Source: Terracidiphilus sp. (GTDB lineage Bacteria; Acidobacteriota; Terriglobia; Terriglobales; Acidobacteriaceae). Taken from it: a stretch of 64,000 bases of DNA. Numbering within the stretch: the first letter of the stretch is position 1; each line of letters opens with the position of its first letter. Shown here one piece after another: positions 8,489-18,318 of the stretch. The notes beneath the pieces were generated by a model. It was given only the letters and a program-made list of their open reading frames with translations. It did not search any database and was not told the origin of the DNA. A program made the translations under genes and the position numbers. The stretch covers positions 47,766 to 111,765 of the forward strand of contig JBEKPD010000003.1 in the NCBI GenBank assembly GCA_049521075.1, in the 5' to 3' direction.

Positions 8489-11400
8489 ATGAAGACTTTG
8501 TCGAGATGGATTTTACCCCTTCTTCTGTTGACCAGCTGGTTGCTGGTTGGTGGAAGCAGGGCGAGTTTCGGACAGGCCGTAAGCTCAGGCGACATCCGAG
8601 GGACTGTGACAGACACCACCGGAGCGTTGGTGGCTGGAGTTACGGTTACGGTTTTAGACGTGGACACCGGAGTTTCAAGGGATTTCGCTACCAACCAGGA
8701 CGGGTTGTATGACACCTCCGCGATTGTGGCGGGACACTACAAACTTACGTTCAAAAAAACGGGGTTTGAGACCTTTGTACGCGGCCCTCTCACTATCGAT
8801 GTGGGCCTTACAGCCGTGGACGCACAATTGAAAATTGGCGATGTCTCAGTCGCTGTAACAGTCACCACCGATGTTCCACTGTTGAACACCGTAAGCGGCG
8901 ACCAGACCTCGACTCTGGAAGCACAAACGATGGATCAGCTTCCTCAGGTGGGTACGGCTAACAACAGCGGCAACAGCTGGGAAAATTTCATCACTCTGCT
9001 ACCGGGCATCGCCGGCACCGCAGGCGGACAGCAAGGCGCTGCCAGCCCTGGTCAAGAGCCTTCTTCTAACGGCAATATGCCGTTTTCGAACGTGCTCAGC
9101 GACGGATCGTCCACCACGCTCGATCACAGCCAGAATGCCAACCCCGCGACCTTCGACGACTTGGCGGAAGTCCAGATCTCCCTTTCCTCGTTCTCCGCGC
9201 AGTACGGCGTGGGCGGATTGATCATCAATCAGGTGACTAAGGGTGGGACCGACAAGTTTCATGGCACCGCGTACGAGTACTTCATGAACAATGACTTGAA
9301 TGCGGCGCCCTTTGAATTTGGGAACACACTAACCCGTGCGCAGGCGGTTCCGTTCCTCCGCTACAACGACTATGGCTTCACCGTTGGTGGACCCATTGCC
9401 GTCGGCCCGTTCAAGAAGAAAGCCTTCTTCTTCTTCGGCTACGACCGAATCGACAACAACACCAATACCAGCGGTTTCCAGACACTTCCCACCGCGGGCG
9501 TCATGGCCGGCAACTTCAACAGCACCAACGGCGACAACATCGCTTACTACAACCTGTACGATCCGACTACCCAGACCATCGCTCACGATTCTTTGGGCAA
9601 TCCGTATCCGGTTAGGAAGACGTTCGCTAGCGAAAATCCCTCGCTGGGCAACGCGATTCCTGCCGCGCTGCAGGACTCCGTCTCCCAGAAATTCCAAGCG
9701 TTGTTTCCGACCGGCTCGAATGATGTCGGTGAGTATGTGAGCGGTACAGCGAAGGCAAACTTCCTCCAGAATAACTGGCACGATAGTTATGCGCAGCCCC
9801 GCCCGTGGCGGCGATATTTCGGGCGCATGGACTACGACATTAACCGTAATAACCGGCTGACGCTGGTCGATAACCAGGGCGACGAACTAGAGAACGGCGA
9901 TAACTCGGTTACCGCGTGCCCGATCGCCTGCCAGCTGGGCGATGTAGATAACAACACTGCCTCAATCACCGACGTGTGGAACATCGGCCAGCGCACCATC
10001 AACGAAGCCCGAATGGGATACACCGACCAATTGAACTTCTTCACGGACTCCACCACGGGTCAGGACTATCCGACGAAGCTCGGCTGGCAATTTGCCGAGT
10101 ACAATATTCTTCCCAACGTCACCATCAACAATTATTACAACCTCGGGCCGGCGACCAACGCCATCTATAAGGAGATGACGTTCGATCCTTCCGATGTGGT
10201 GACCATGATCCGTGGCAATCACGTCCTTCACTTCGGCGGCGAACTGGCATTTTATCGCGACGACTCTACGGCGTGGGGCAACCTCCACTCCGGGGAATTC
10301 ACCTATAGTGGCCAATACACCCAGCAATGGGCCCTTTCGAACGCCAATTGCCCGACGGGCACACCGGCTGCGGACACGTGCGCAGCTCCAAACACTGCCA
10401 CGGGTTCATCGTATGCCGACTTCCTGCTTGGCTATGCGCAAAAGTGGGACGCGCAGAACACTCCGGAGTTCGGCGCTCGTCTGAAGAAGCCGCAGATGTT
10501 CGTCCAGGACGATTGGAAGGCGCGCAGGAACCTCACAGTCAATCTTGGGCTGCGCTATGAAATCAGTCACGGCTACAGCGAAGTCAAGGGGAATGAAGCC
10601 AGCTTCGACCCGACGGTGACGAACACGGACGGCACGCTGGGAGCCATGTGGTATGGGGAGACACATGCCAACGGGCGCACAGCAATGGAGGCCAACGTCT
10701 TTTCCACCTTCATGCCGCGCCTGGGGTTCTCTTGGCAGGCAATACCCAAGACTACGGTTCGTGGTGGGTACGGGCTCTACTCCTATAACTTCAGCCTGGA
10801 TAACTATGCCTCCGGAATGGGCTCATCCGTCTCATCCTTTGGTAGCTACACCGATGTATCGAATGGCATCTATCCGGTGACCAAGTTTAACGGAACCGGC
10901 ACAATCTTCCCATTGGGTGGTGGACCCGCAGGGCCTTTGCCTTATACGGCGGCTTCTACCTCTCCGGGAAGGTTCAACGGCTCGAGCACGCCCGCCTACA
11001 GCGAATTTCACACTCCGGTTCCCAAGGCAGAGCAATGGAACTTTGGCGTGGAGCGGGAATTGAGCACGGACTATGTGGTTACCCTCTTCTATGTGGGAAG
11101 CCACGGGTTCAACCTCACCATGCCAACCGACCTGAACGCAGTTCCTGAAAGTAAGTTATCGTCCAACGATGCGGCAGCTCGTCCATACTCGAATTTCACA
11201 AACATCACGGGCAATCTTTACAACGCGGTCTCGAACTACCACTCATTGCAGGTTGCGGTCACCAAGCGCATGAGCCATGGCTTTAGTACGAGCTTCAATT
11301 ACACCTGGTCGCACATGCTGGACGACATGGACTCCTCCGGTTGGGGAAGCCACGCCGGGTTCCAGGGTTGGCAGCATGCCACCAGTCTCACGCAGAATCT

Positions 11401-12031
11401 GACATCGCTCAACTACGGACCTTCCAACTTCGATCAACGCCAGGCTCTGAAAGGGTACGTGGTCTATCAACTGCCCTTCGGCAAGGGCAAGGCGTTCATG
11501 AACAACAACGCCATTACGGACGCGGTGTTGGGCGGCTGGCAATTTGCAGGCACGATGCTCGAACTGGCTGGCAATCCCTTCCAGCCGACCGTCCCAAACG
11601 GCGGCCAACTCCTCTACAACCTGGCGGGCAATTCAACGCAATATCCCAACCGGGTATCTGGCGTCAGCCTTACACCTCAGGGAGGCAAGAGCTGGCAGCA
11701 CTGGTTCAATGAAGGGGCCTTCTCGCAAGCCGCTGTCGGAGCTTTCGGCGACGCTCAGAGAAATCCGGTGGTCGGGCCTGGAATCAACAACTTCACTCTT
11801 TCTGGAGGGAAGGAACTCTCGATTTGGGAGCAGGTCAAATTCTCGCTTCGCTGCGACGCGACCAACGTGTTCAATCATCCCAGCTTCAGCGCCGTCCCTG
11901 GCGGAAGTGGCAACGGCAATTTCGGTCTCACCGGGGGCTCCGCAGGCGCGCCGTTTACGGGTACTAGCCAACTAAGCAATACTTCGGTGGGCGGGCGCGC
12001 GGTGGAACTGAGCGGGCGCATCAGCTTCTAA
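8489..12031 (+). CDS. TonB-dependent receptor (Oar-like) with N-terminal carboxypeptidase-regulatory-like domain
   Basis: Signal peptide; GDIRGTVTDTTGALVAGVTV prealbumin-like domain; plug motif NQVTKGGT; LNLGLRYE barrel strand; C-terminal Phe (GRISF). Confidence 0.9.
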   Translation: MKTLSRWILPLLLLTSWLLVGGSRASFGQAVSSGDIRGTVTDTTGALVAGVTVTVLDVDTGVSRDFATNQDGLYDTSAIVAGHYKLTFKKTGFETFVRGPLTIDVGLTAVDAQLKIGDVSVAVTVTTDVPLLNTVSGDQTSTLEAQTMDQLPQVGTANNSGNSWENFITLLPGIAGTAGGQQGAASPGQEPSSNGNMPFSNVLSDGSSTTLDHSQNANPATFDDLAEVQISLSSFSAQYGVGGLIINQVTKGGTDKFHGTAYEYFMNNDLNAAPFEFGNTLTRAQAVPFLRYNDYGFTVGGPIAVGPFKKKAFFFFGYDRIDNNTNTSGFQTLPTAGVMAGNFNSTNGDNIAYYNLYDPTTQTIAHDSLGNPYPVRKTFASENPSLGNAIPAALQDSVSQKFQALFPTGSNDVGEYVSGTAKANFLQNNWHDSYAQPRPWRRYFGRMDYDINRNNRLTLVDNQGDELENGDNSVTACPIACQLGDVDNNTASITDVWNIGQRTINEARMGYTDQLNFFTDSTTGQDYPTKLGWQFAEYNILPNVTINNYYNLGPATNAIYKEMTFDPSDVVTMIRGNHVLHFGGELAFYRDDSTAWGNLHSGEFTYSGQYTQQWALSNANCPTGTPAADTCAAPNTATGSSYADFLLGYAQKWDAQNTPEFGARLKKPQMFVQDDWKARRNLTVNLGLRYEISHGYSEVKGNEASFDPTVTNTDGTLGAMWYGETHANGRTAMEANVFSTFMPRLGFSWQAIPKTTVRGGYGLYSYNFSLDNYASGMGSSVSSFGSYTDVSNGIYPVTKFNGTGTIFPLGGGPAGPLPYTAASTSPGRFNGSSTPAYSEFHTPVPKAEQWNFGVERELSTDYVVTLFYVGSHGFNLTMPTDLNAVPESKLSSNDAAARPYSNFTNITGNLYNAVSNYHSLQVAVTKRMSHGFSTSFNYTWSHMLDDMDSSGWGSHAGFQGWQHATSLTQNLTSLNYGPSNFDQRQALKGYVVYQLPFGKGKAFMNNNAITDAVLGGWQFAGTMLELAGNPFQPTVPNGGQLLYNLAGNSTQYPNRVSGVSLTPQGGKSWQHWFNEGAFSQAAVGAFGDAQRNPVVGPGINNFTLSGGKELSIWEQVKFSLRCDATNVFNHPSFSAVPGGSGNGNFGLTGGSAGAPFTGTSQLSNTSVGGRAVELSGRISF

Positions 12032-12053
12032 CTTCAACCAACACTCACCTAAT

Positions 12054-12083
12054 CGAGAGACGGCGATTCGTCGCCGTCTCTCG
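12054..12083 (+). terminator. 13-bp perfect hairpin with UUCG loop between TBDT and TPR genes
   Basis: CGAGAGACGGCGA-TTCG-TCGCCGTCTCTCG followed by GTGTTT. Confidence 0.7.
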
Positions 12084-12131
12084 GTGTTTAACAAGAAGCA
12101 TCGCGTTGTTGCAACTCCTATAATGAGGGTT

Positions 12132-13343
12132 ATGAATCTGCAGATCAGAGGAGTTATTGGATATCTCATGCTATTGATCGCCGGGATATGCAAGGCGCAG
12201 ACGGGAACCTACCCTCAGGCAGAGTTTTCCAGACATATCCAGCAAGCGCAGAGATACCTGGCGGAAAAGCGGCCTGATCTCGCGATTCCTGAACTGCAGA
12301 CGGCGGTAACCATCGATCCAGACAGCGTTGAAACGCAAAGCAATCTCGGTGTGCTGTTGTTTTTTCAAGGCAAGGCGGCCGAGGCGATCCCGCATTTGCG
12401 CATCGCAGTTGAGAAACAGCCGGCCCTCAGCAAAATCCAGGGGATTTTAGGGATTGCGGAACTACACGCGCAGGATTTCGCAGAGGGGCGGAAGGATCTG
12501 GAGACAGCCTTCCCCACGATTGACGATCAGAAATTCAAATTGCAGGTGGGCCTGGAACTCGTGGGAGTCTATACGGACAGCGGCGATCTTGAGCAGGCGG
12601 CCGGCATCCTCGCGCAGTTGAAAAAGGTCGCACCCGACAATCCGGAAGTGCTTTATGCTTCTTACCGGACCTTCACGGATCTCTCGAGCGAGGCCATGAT
12701 TGCGCTCTCGCTTGCGGCTCCCGATTCAGCGCAGATGCATCAATTACTCGCGCACCAGGAAATCAAAGAGGGGAATACGAATGTCGCGATCGCCCAGTAC
12801 CGGAAGGCGATTGCAATCGATCCGCGTTTGCCGGGTGTGCACTTCGAACTGGCGGAGTTGTTGCGCACATCGCACGATCCCGCAGTGAAAGAGCAGGCGG
12901 AGCAGGAGTATCGCGCCGCGCTTCAGGAAAACCCGCAGGACGAAAAAGCGATTTTCGCAATGGCGGAGATTGCCGAGACCAAGGGTGACACGCAGCAAGC
13001 ATACAACGACTATTCGCAGGCAGTGGCGCTCGATCCCGGCGATGCGAATGCGAAGTTGGGTTTGGCCAAGGTGCTTATTGGGATGGATAAGCAGGACAAG
13101 GCACTGCCGCTGCTTGAGGCCTCGGCGCAACTCGAGCCGACGAACGCGACCGTACACTACAGGTTGGCCATGCTCTATAGAAAGATGGGTCGCGTGGACG
13201 ACGCCAAGCGCGAAGTTGAGCTTTACCAGAAGTTCAAGGACATGAAGGAAAAGCTTCGCGCCGTATATAGCGGACTTCTCATCCAGCCGGATGAAATCCG
13301 CGCGGACGAGAATCCGGAAGAGGAACCATCTGAAAAGAAATGA
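12132..13343 (+). CDS. Exported tetratricopeptide-repeat protein
   Basis: Signal-like N-terminus. Multiple TPR units (AIAQYRKAIAIDP, AYNDYSQAVALDP, VHYRLAMLYRKMG). Start uncertain (12084/12123/12132). Confidence 0.85.
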   Translation: MNLQIRGVIGYLMLLIAGICKAQTGTYPQAEFSRHIQQAQRYLAEKRPDLAIPELQTAVTIDPDSVETQSNLGVLLFFQGKAAEAIPHLRIAVEKQPALSKIQGILGIAELHAQDFAEGRKDLETAFPTIDDQKFKLQVGLELVGVYTDSGDLEQAAGILAQLKKVAPDNPEVLYASYRTFTDLSSEAMIALSLAAPDSAQMHQLLAHQEIKEGNTNVAIAQYRKAIAIDPRLPGVHFELAELLRTSHDPAVKEQAEQEYRAALQENPQDEKAIFAMAEIAETKGDTQQAYNDYSQAVALDPGDANAKLGLAKVLIGMDKQDKALPLLEASAQLEPTNATVHYRLAMLYRKMGRVDDAKREVELYQKFKDMKEKLRAVYSGLLIQPDEIRADENPEEEPSEKK

Positions 13344-13356
13344 AGCAGACCGATCG

Positions 13357-15156
13357 ATGAGATTGCGGATCGTGATTCTGAAACTCTCTGCTGCGCTTTC
13401 ATTTCTCGCGTTTGAACAGATGATTGGCGCGCAAATGGGAACGCCAACACCCCTGTCCCCCGCAGAGCGCCAAAGGGCTGAGGCGGAAAAAGCCGCTACC
13501 GGGCCTGTCCCGAATTACCCGCAGCTCGTCGATATTACAAAATTAACCGGAATCACCTTCGACCATAAGTCGAGCCCGGAAGCCAGGTTCATTGCGGAAT
13601 CTATGAGCGGAGGAGTCGCGCTGATCGATTACGATGGCGACGGATGGCCAGATATCTATTTCACCAATGCGCAAAGCGTCAATATGGCGCTGCACGGTGT
13701 TAAGTCGCGCGGCGTTCTCTTACGCAACAATCACGATGGCACATTTACCGACGTGACCGACAAGGCGGGTGTCGGTTATCCTTGCTGGGCGATGGGGGCC
13801 GTCGCCGGTGACTACAATAACGACGGCCTGCCCGATCTTTTGGTTACTTGTCTCAACGGCGTGGTGCTCTATCGTAACAATGGCGACGGCACGTTTACCG
13901 ATGTGACTAAAGCAAGCGGGCTCGATGCCGACACCGGTTGGGCTACAGGTGCGGCGTTCGGAGACTATGACAATGACGGCCGCGCCGACTTGTTTGTGTC
14001 GCATTACGTAGATTTTCGTTTGGACAACCTGCCGGTCTTCGGGTCGGGCAAAGGGTGTAAGTACCTCGGACTGGACGTTCAGTGCGGTCCGCGCGGATTA
14101 AAAGGGCTGCCGGACAATCTCTATCACAACAACGGCGATGGGACCTTCATAGACATTTCAAAGCAGGCTGGCGTGGATGATGCCGAGCGCCGCTTCGGAC
14201 TGACTTCAATTTGGTCGTACTTCGGTGACGACGGGAAACTCGATCTCTTCGTAACTAACGACGGTGAGGCGAATTATCTGTACCAGAGTGACGACTCCCG
14301 TAAGTTTGAAGACGTTGCGCTGTTGGCAGGTGTCGCGGCCAATGAGGACGGAGTGGAGCAGGCGAACATGGGCGTGGCGTACGGCGATTACCTGCACTCC
14401 GGTCGCATATCGCTGGCTATCTCGCATTTCGATGTGGAGTACACAGCGCTCTACAGTAATGAAGGCGGCATGAATTTTACCGATAACTCCATCGCCTCAG
14501 GCATCGCGCGCGGGACGCAAGGTTATGTTGGCTGGGGCGATGCCTTTGTGGATTTCGCCAACAGCGGCTGGCAGGATTTCTTTCAGGTCAACGGTCACGT
14601 GTATCCGCAAGTCGATACGGCGCACACGGCGACGCGCTATCTGGAGCCGAAACTTCTGTTTCTAAATCGCGGCGACGGCACGTTCCAGGACATCAGCCGA
14701 CGCGTAGGGCCGGCGCTCCAGATTCCCCAGGTGAGCCGCGGCCTCGCCGTGGGCGACTTATTCAATGACGGCCGCGTGGAAGCGGTGGTGGAGAATCTTG
14801 TAGGCGAGCCGATGATCCTCCGACCTGAGGGGGGCCCGAAGAATCATTGGGTCAGCTTTCAGCTCCAGGGAGTCACCTGCAATCGACTTGCGCTGAACGC
14901 TCGAGTTCGCGTGGCTGCGGGAGATCTGGTGCAACTTGGCGAGGTCATAAGCGGAGGAAGCTATCTTTCGCAGAGCGATTTGCGTCTCCATTTTGGGTTG
15001 GGCAGTCATGAGCTTCTCGATCAGGTCAAGGTGTTATGGCCGGATGGAAAGAAAGAAATTCTGACTCACTTGGCTGCCGACCGGTTTTATGTGCTGCGCG
15101 AGGGCCAGGGAGTGATTTCAAGCAAGCCGGCCGAGCATTCCACGAATCTTCCATAG
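13357..15156 (+). CDS. CRTAC1-family protein (FG-GAP/VCBS repeats + ASPIC/UnbV domain), exported
   Basis: Repeated DYDGDGWPD / DYNNDGLPD / NNGDGTFTDVT Ca-binding repeats. C-terminal SGGSYLSQSDLRLHFGLG...WPDG is typical of ASPIC/UnbV. Confidence 0.88.
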   Translation: MRLRIVILKLSAALSFLAFEQMIGAQMGTPTPLSPAERQRAEAEKAATGPVPNYPQLVDITKLTGITFDHKSSPEARFIAESMSGGVALIDYDGDGWPDIYFTNAQSVNMALHGVKSRGVLLRNNHDGTFTDVTDKAGVGYPCWAMGAVAGDYNNDGLPDLLVTCLNGVVLYRNNGDGTFTDVTKASGLDADTGWATGAAFGDYDNDGRADLFVSHYVDFRLDNLPVFGSGKGCKYLGLDVQCGPRGLKGLPDNLYHNNGDGTFIDISKQAGVDDAERRFGLTSIWSYFGDDGKLDLFVTNDGEANYLYQSDDSRKFEDVALLAGVAANEDGVEQANMGVAYGDYLHSGRISLAISHFDVEYTALYSNEGGMNFTDNSIASGIARGTQGYVGWGDAFVDFANSGWQDFFQVNGHVYPQVDTAHTATRYLEPKLLFLNRGDGTFQDISRRVGPALQIPQVSRGLAVGDLFNDGRVEAVVENLVGEPMILRPEGGPKNHWVSFQLQGVTCNRLALNARVRVAAGDLVQLGEVISGGSYLSQSDLRLHFGLGSHELLDQVKVLWPDGKKEILTHLAADRFYVLREGQGVISSKPAEHSTNLP

Positions 15157-15226
15157 AACTCGAGCGGCCCTGTCGATTCGCGACGAAGGATTGCATTGAA
15201 GTGGCGAACGAACGAGTTGAAAAATC

Positions 15227-16411
15227 ATGATCGACGAAACCACAACGGCAACCGTCGTTCCCACGCAGAGAACGTCATCGACGATCGCCTTGAGCGCCGG
15301 ATTCGCATTGACGGGCGCAGGCACTGTAATGATGGGCGTGCTGTTGCCGGTGCTTTCATTACGCTGGGGATTGCGCGACGATCAGGCTGGGCTGCTCCTT
15401 TTTCTGCAATTCGTGGCATGCGCACTGGGCGCCATTGTCACTGGGCGAAATCGCGTTTACACAATGACGATCGGCTACGGGCTGCTGGCGGCCACACTCG
15501 GCCTGCTCGCGATTGATGGCAGCCGGGCAGCATACGCCGCATTTTTCCTTTATGGATTGGGATTGGGTATGGCCATGACCTCGACCAGCCTGCTCTTCGC
15601 GAATCGCTGGGGCGATGCCAGCGCTGCTAAATTGGAGTGGCTGAACTTTGTCTGGTCGGCCGGGGCCACCGCGGGTCCGGTATGCTTTTTGCCGCTGCTG
15701 AGGCGCGGCGATCTTCGATCGCTGTTCGTGACCATGGCCGCGTTGTCGTTCGCGATGCTGGTGTGGGTGGTGTCGCAGGAGGGCAATGAAAGGGAGCGCC
15801 ACGACCCGCATTTCGACGCCGCGGGGCAACCCGGCGCAATTCGCGGATCCCTCAGAGGTCTGATCGCAATACTCCTTTTGCTGACCATGATCACGGTTGG
15901 CATGGAGGCTGCTTTGAGCGGCTGGCTTACGACCTATTCGCAGCGCGTAGGGATGCACAGTCTGGCCGGGGCAGCCTTGGCGACATCCATGTTCTGGTTG
16001 GGAGAGATGGCAAGCCGGCTAGTTTTTTCCACGCGCCTTTTGGCAAAAGTCGGCCGCGGGGCAGCATTGCAGGCGTGCTCCTGGGGCGTAGCGGCCATGG
16101 CAATTCTGATCGTAGCGGCTCCAAGACCGTCACTGATCCTCGTTGCTGCCGCCGCCGCAGGTGCGTTCGTCGGTCCGCTTTACCCGTTGCAGCTTTCCTT
16201 CCTGCTTGAGCTTTCTCCTTGGGGCTGGTTTTTCGCGGTTGGAGGCATTGGAGCTGCCTTCGTCCCCTGGGTCACGGGGCTAATCTCAGCAAACTTTCAT
16301 TCGCTCCGGCTTGGAATGACGGTTCCATGTCTCGCGGGATTTGCGATGATTGCACTCAACGTGCTGGTTATCCGACGCATCACTCCGGAAAACAGTTCCG
16401 CCATCCAATAA
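15227..16411 (+). CDS. MFS transporter (fucose/glucose permease-like)
   Basis: About 12 hydrophobic segments. Resembles FucP/TsgA-like permeases. Located in a sugar locus. Confidence 0.8.
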   Translation: MIDETTTATVVPTQRTSSTIALSAGFALTGAGTVMMGVLLPVLSLRWGLRDDQAGLLLFLQFVACALGAIVTGRNRVYTMTIGYGLLAATLGLLAIDGSRAAYAAFFLYGLGLGMAMTSTSLLFANRWGDASAAKLEWLNFVWSAGATAGPVCFLPLLRRGDLRSLFVTMAALSFAMLVWVVSQEGNERERHDPHFDAAGQPGAIRGSLRGLIAILLLLTMITVGMEAALSGWLTTYSQRVGMHSLAGAALATSMFWLGEMASRLVFSTRLLAKVGRGAALQACSWGVAAMAILIVAAPRPSLILVAAAAAGAFVGPLYPLQLSFLLELSPWGWFFAVGGIGAAFVPWVTGLISANFHSLRLGMTVPCLAGFAMIALNVLVIRRITPENSSAIQ

Positions 16412-16425
16412 ACATTGTCGCGATG

Positions 16426-16441
16426 AGACAATCGTATGTCT
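16426..16441. promoter_or_regulatory. Putative LacI-family operator AGACAATCGTATGTCT upstream of the regulator
   Basis: 16-bp near-perfect palindrome. Confidence 0.6.
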
Positions 16442-16633
16442 ATATAGATACTATGACTTCTAGCCGTAACAGTCCGGCCCCGCAGCACCATGAGCTCCGT
16501 CTTCTTCGGTACTACGCGCTTAGTAAATGCCAAATATTCAACAATAAATCCCCAAATTGGCTTGACATTGACAATGCCTCAAGCGTCTAATGAAGCACAA
16601 AAAGAAAATGCCTGATTCCTGCTTTACATTGAG

Positions 16634-16645
16634 TTAATCGATTGT
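16634..16645. promoter_or_regulatory. Putative LacI-family operator TTAATCGATTGT (autoregulatory)
   Basis: Right half is identical to consensus (CGATTGTCT). Lies just downstream of a TTTACA -35-like hexamer. Confidence 0.55.
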
Positions 16646-16879
16646 CTTATGAGCATGGACGGGCGCGTCGAACTAGTCTGGATGCTAACTTGGACCGGTC
16701 AGTCGTCGAAAAGGGTCGCGCCTGGGCCGCTTGGCAGGCGCTGCCGAGGTTTGATTTCGCTCCGCTACGTCATTTTGATCTGCGTGATCTGCGGTCGATC
16801 AGCTTTACGCGCAGGGCGATCGACTTCCCGCTGTAGAATCAACCGTGAACCCCGCTGCTAAAAGGTTTGAGCAGACAGG

Positions 16880-17938
16880 ATGAAGGATTCCACGAGCGAC
16901 AAGAAGGCCAAAACATACGTGAAGCCGCGGATCCACCAGCCCGCGAGCCTGAAGCAGCTTGCCGAACATCTCGGGCTGAATCCGGCAACGGTTTCAGTGG
17001 TTTTGAACGACGTGCCGGGACGATCCATTCCGCAGGCCACCCGCGACCGCATCAAGGCTGCCGCCAAAGCCATGAACTACCAGCCGAATCTGCTGGCGCG
17101 CTCCCTGCGCAACCGCCGGACATTGACCATCGGCATCCTGGTGCCGGAACTCGGCGATGGCTATCACACGCAGGTGATGAGCGGTATCGGCGATCAGTTG
17201 ATTCAGGCGGGATATTTTTACTTTACAGCGCATCACCGACACAAGCCGAATCTGGTGGAAGAGTACACGCGGATGCTGATTGGGCGCGGTGCTCAAGGGC
17301 TGATTGCAATCGACACGCAGCTCGAGCACCCGGTTTCGATTCCGATGGTCGCGGTGGCGGGCCACCGCCATATCGAGGGCGTAACTAATGTGTTGCTCGA
17401 TCATGCGCGTGCTGCCGTGCTTGCCCTCGAGCATCTCTACGCACTGGGACACCGTAAAATCGCATTCATGCGCGGGCAACCTTTTAGTTCAGACTCAGAT
17501 GAGCGATGGAAGAGCCTCATGGCAGTCGCCGAGCGGCTCGGCATTGAAATCAAACCAGAACTCGTGGTGAGCCTCGATCGCGATATGAGTTCACCGGAAC
17601 TGGGTTACCCGGTAGCACAGCAGTTGCTCGCGACAAAGCTGCCGTTTACCGCGATTGTAGCCTTCAACGATATTTCGGCAATCGGTACAATTCGCGCGTT
17701 GAAGGATTCCAATTTGCGCGTTCCGGAAGACATATCGGTAATAGGCTTCGACGATATCAAGGCGGCGGCATTCACTCTGCCTCGTTTGACGACGATCAAT
17801 CAGCCGCTCGAGGAGATGGGCAGAGTAGCGACACAAAGCCTTCTGAATCGCATCCATAATACAGTGCCGCCGCGCGACGAAATCATGGTTGAGCCGGAGC
17901 TGATCATTCGCGAATCGACAGGCCCAGTAAAGGGATGA
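16880..17938 (+). CDS. LacI-family transcriptional regulator
   Basis: HTH SLKQLAEHLGLNPATVSVVLN, hinge YQPNLLARSL, sugar-binding domain AFNDISAIG, DISVIGFDD, LTTINQP. Confidence 0.95.
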   Translation: MKDSTSDKKAKTYVKPRIHQPASLKQLAEHLGLNPATVSVVLNDVPGRSIPQATRDRIKAAAKAMNYQPNLLARSLRNRRTLTIGILVPELGDGYHTQVMSGIGDQLIQAGYFYFTAHHRHKPNLVEEYTRMLIGRGAQGLIAIDTQLEHPVSIPMVAVAGHRHIEGVTNVLLDHARAAVLALEHLYALGHRKIAFMRGQPFSSDSDERWKSLMAVAERLGIEIKPELVVSLDRDMSSPELGYPVAQQLLATKLPFTAIVAFNDISAIGTIRALKDSNLRVPEDISVIGFDDIKAAAFTLPRLTTINQPLEEMGRVATQSLLNRIHNTVPPRDEIMVEPELIIRESTGPVKG

Positions 17939-18187
17939 AGCATCTACATTCTGCAGGGACGATTAACCTGCGGAAAGTGCGGGGACCGTTTTGCCTAGGC
18001 TTGGCTAGTCTGACACCGGAGTATTTTGCTCCGTCCTCGACAGGCAGCTCATTTGAGGAATCTTGAGTTGCCCCCAGAACCAGTAGGCCGTCAAGGAATG
18101 AGAGGGAACTTGGCGGGAACGGTAGCTAAGAAAAAAATAGGGATTTAGCTCATTTCTGAGCTTGGATGAGACGCGCTGAATCGCAAA

Positions 18188-18318
18188 TAGTGCGGCAAGG
18201 GACGGGCCCCTGTCGGTATTACCCCGCCGACTAATCGGCCTTTCGGAGGGCCGCGGGCAATACTACTTCGCTGCGCTCAATGGCGAGCGCTACCTACGGA
18301 CACGCAGAATTTACAGAA
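18188..18318 (-). repeat. Second, more degenerate tandem unit (spacer + degenerate tRNA-Phe 3' half)
   Basis: Spacer at 18235-18318 is nearly identical to 18351-18434. tagtgcggcaagggacggg...ccgccgac is a decayed copy of tggtggccagggacggg...ccgccgac. Confidence 0.65.

Larger units (their letters stand above)
2902..18318. mobile_element. Putative tRNA-Phe-anchored genomic island (integrase-less) carrying the beta-glucan locus
   Basis: Bounded by a tRNA 3'-end direct repeat (2887-2901 versus 18319-18333 and 18435-18449). Cargo is a self-contained regulon. No recombinase ORF is present. Confidence 0.55.
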
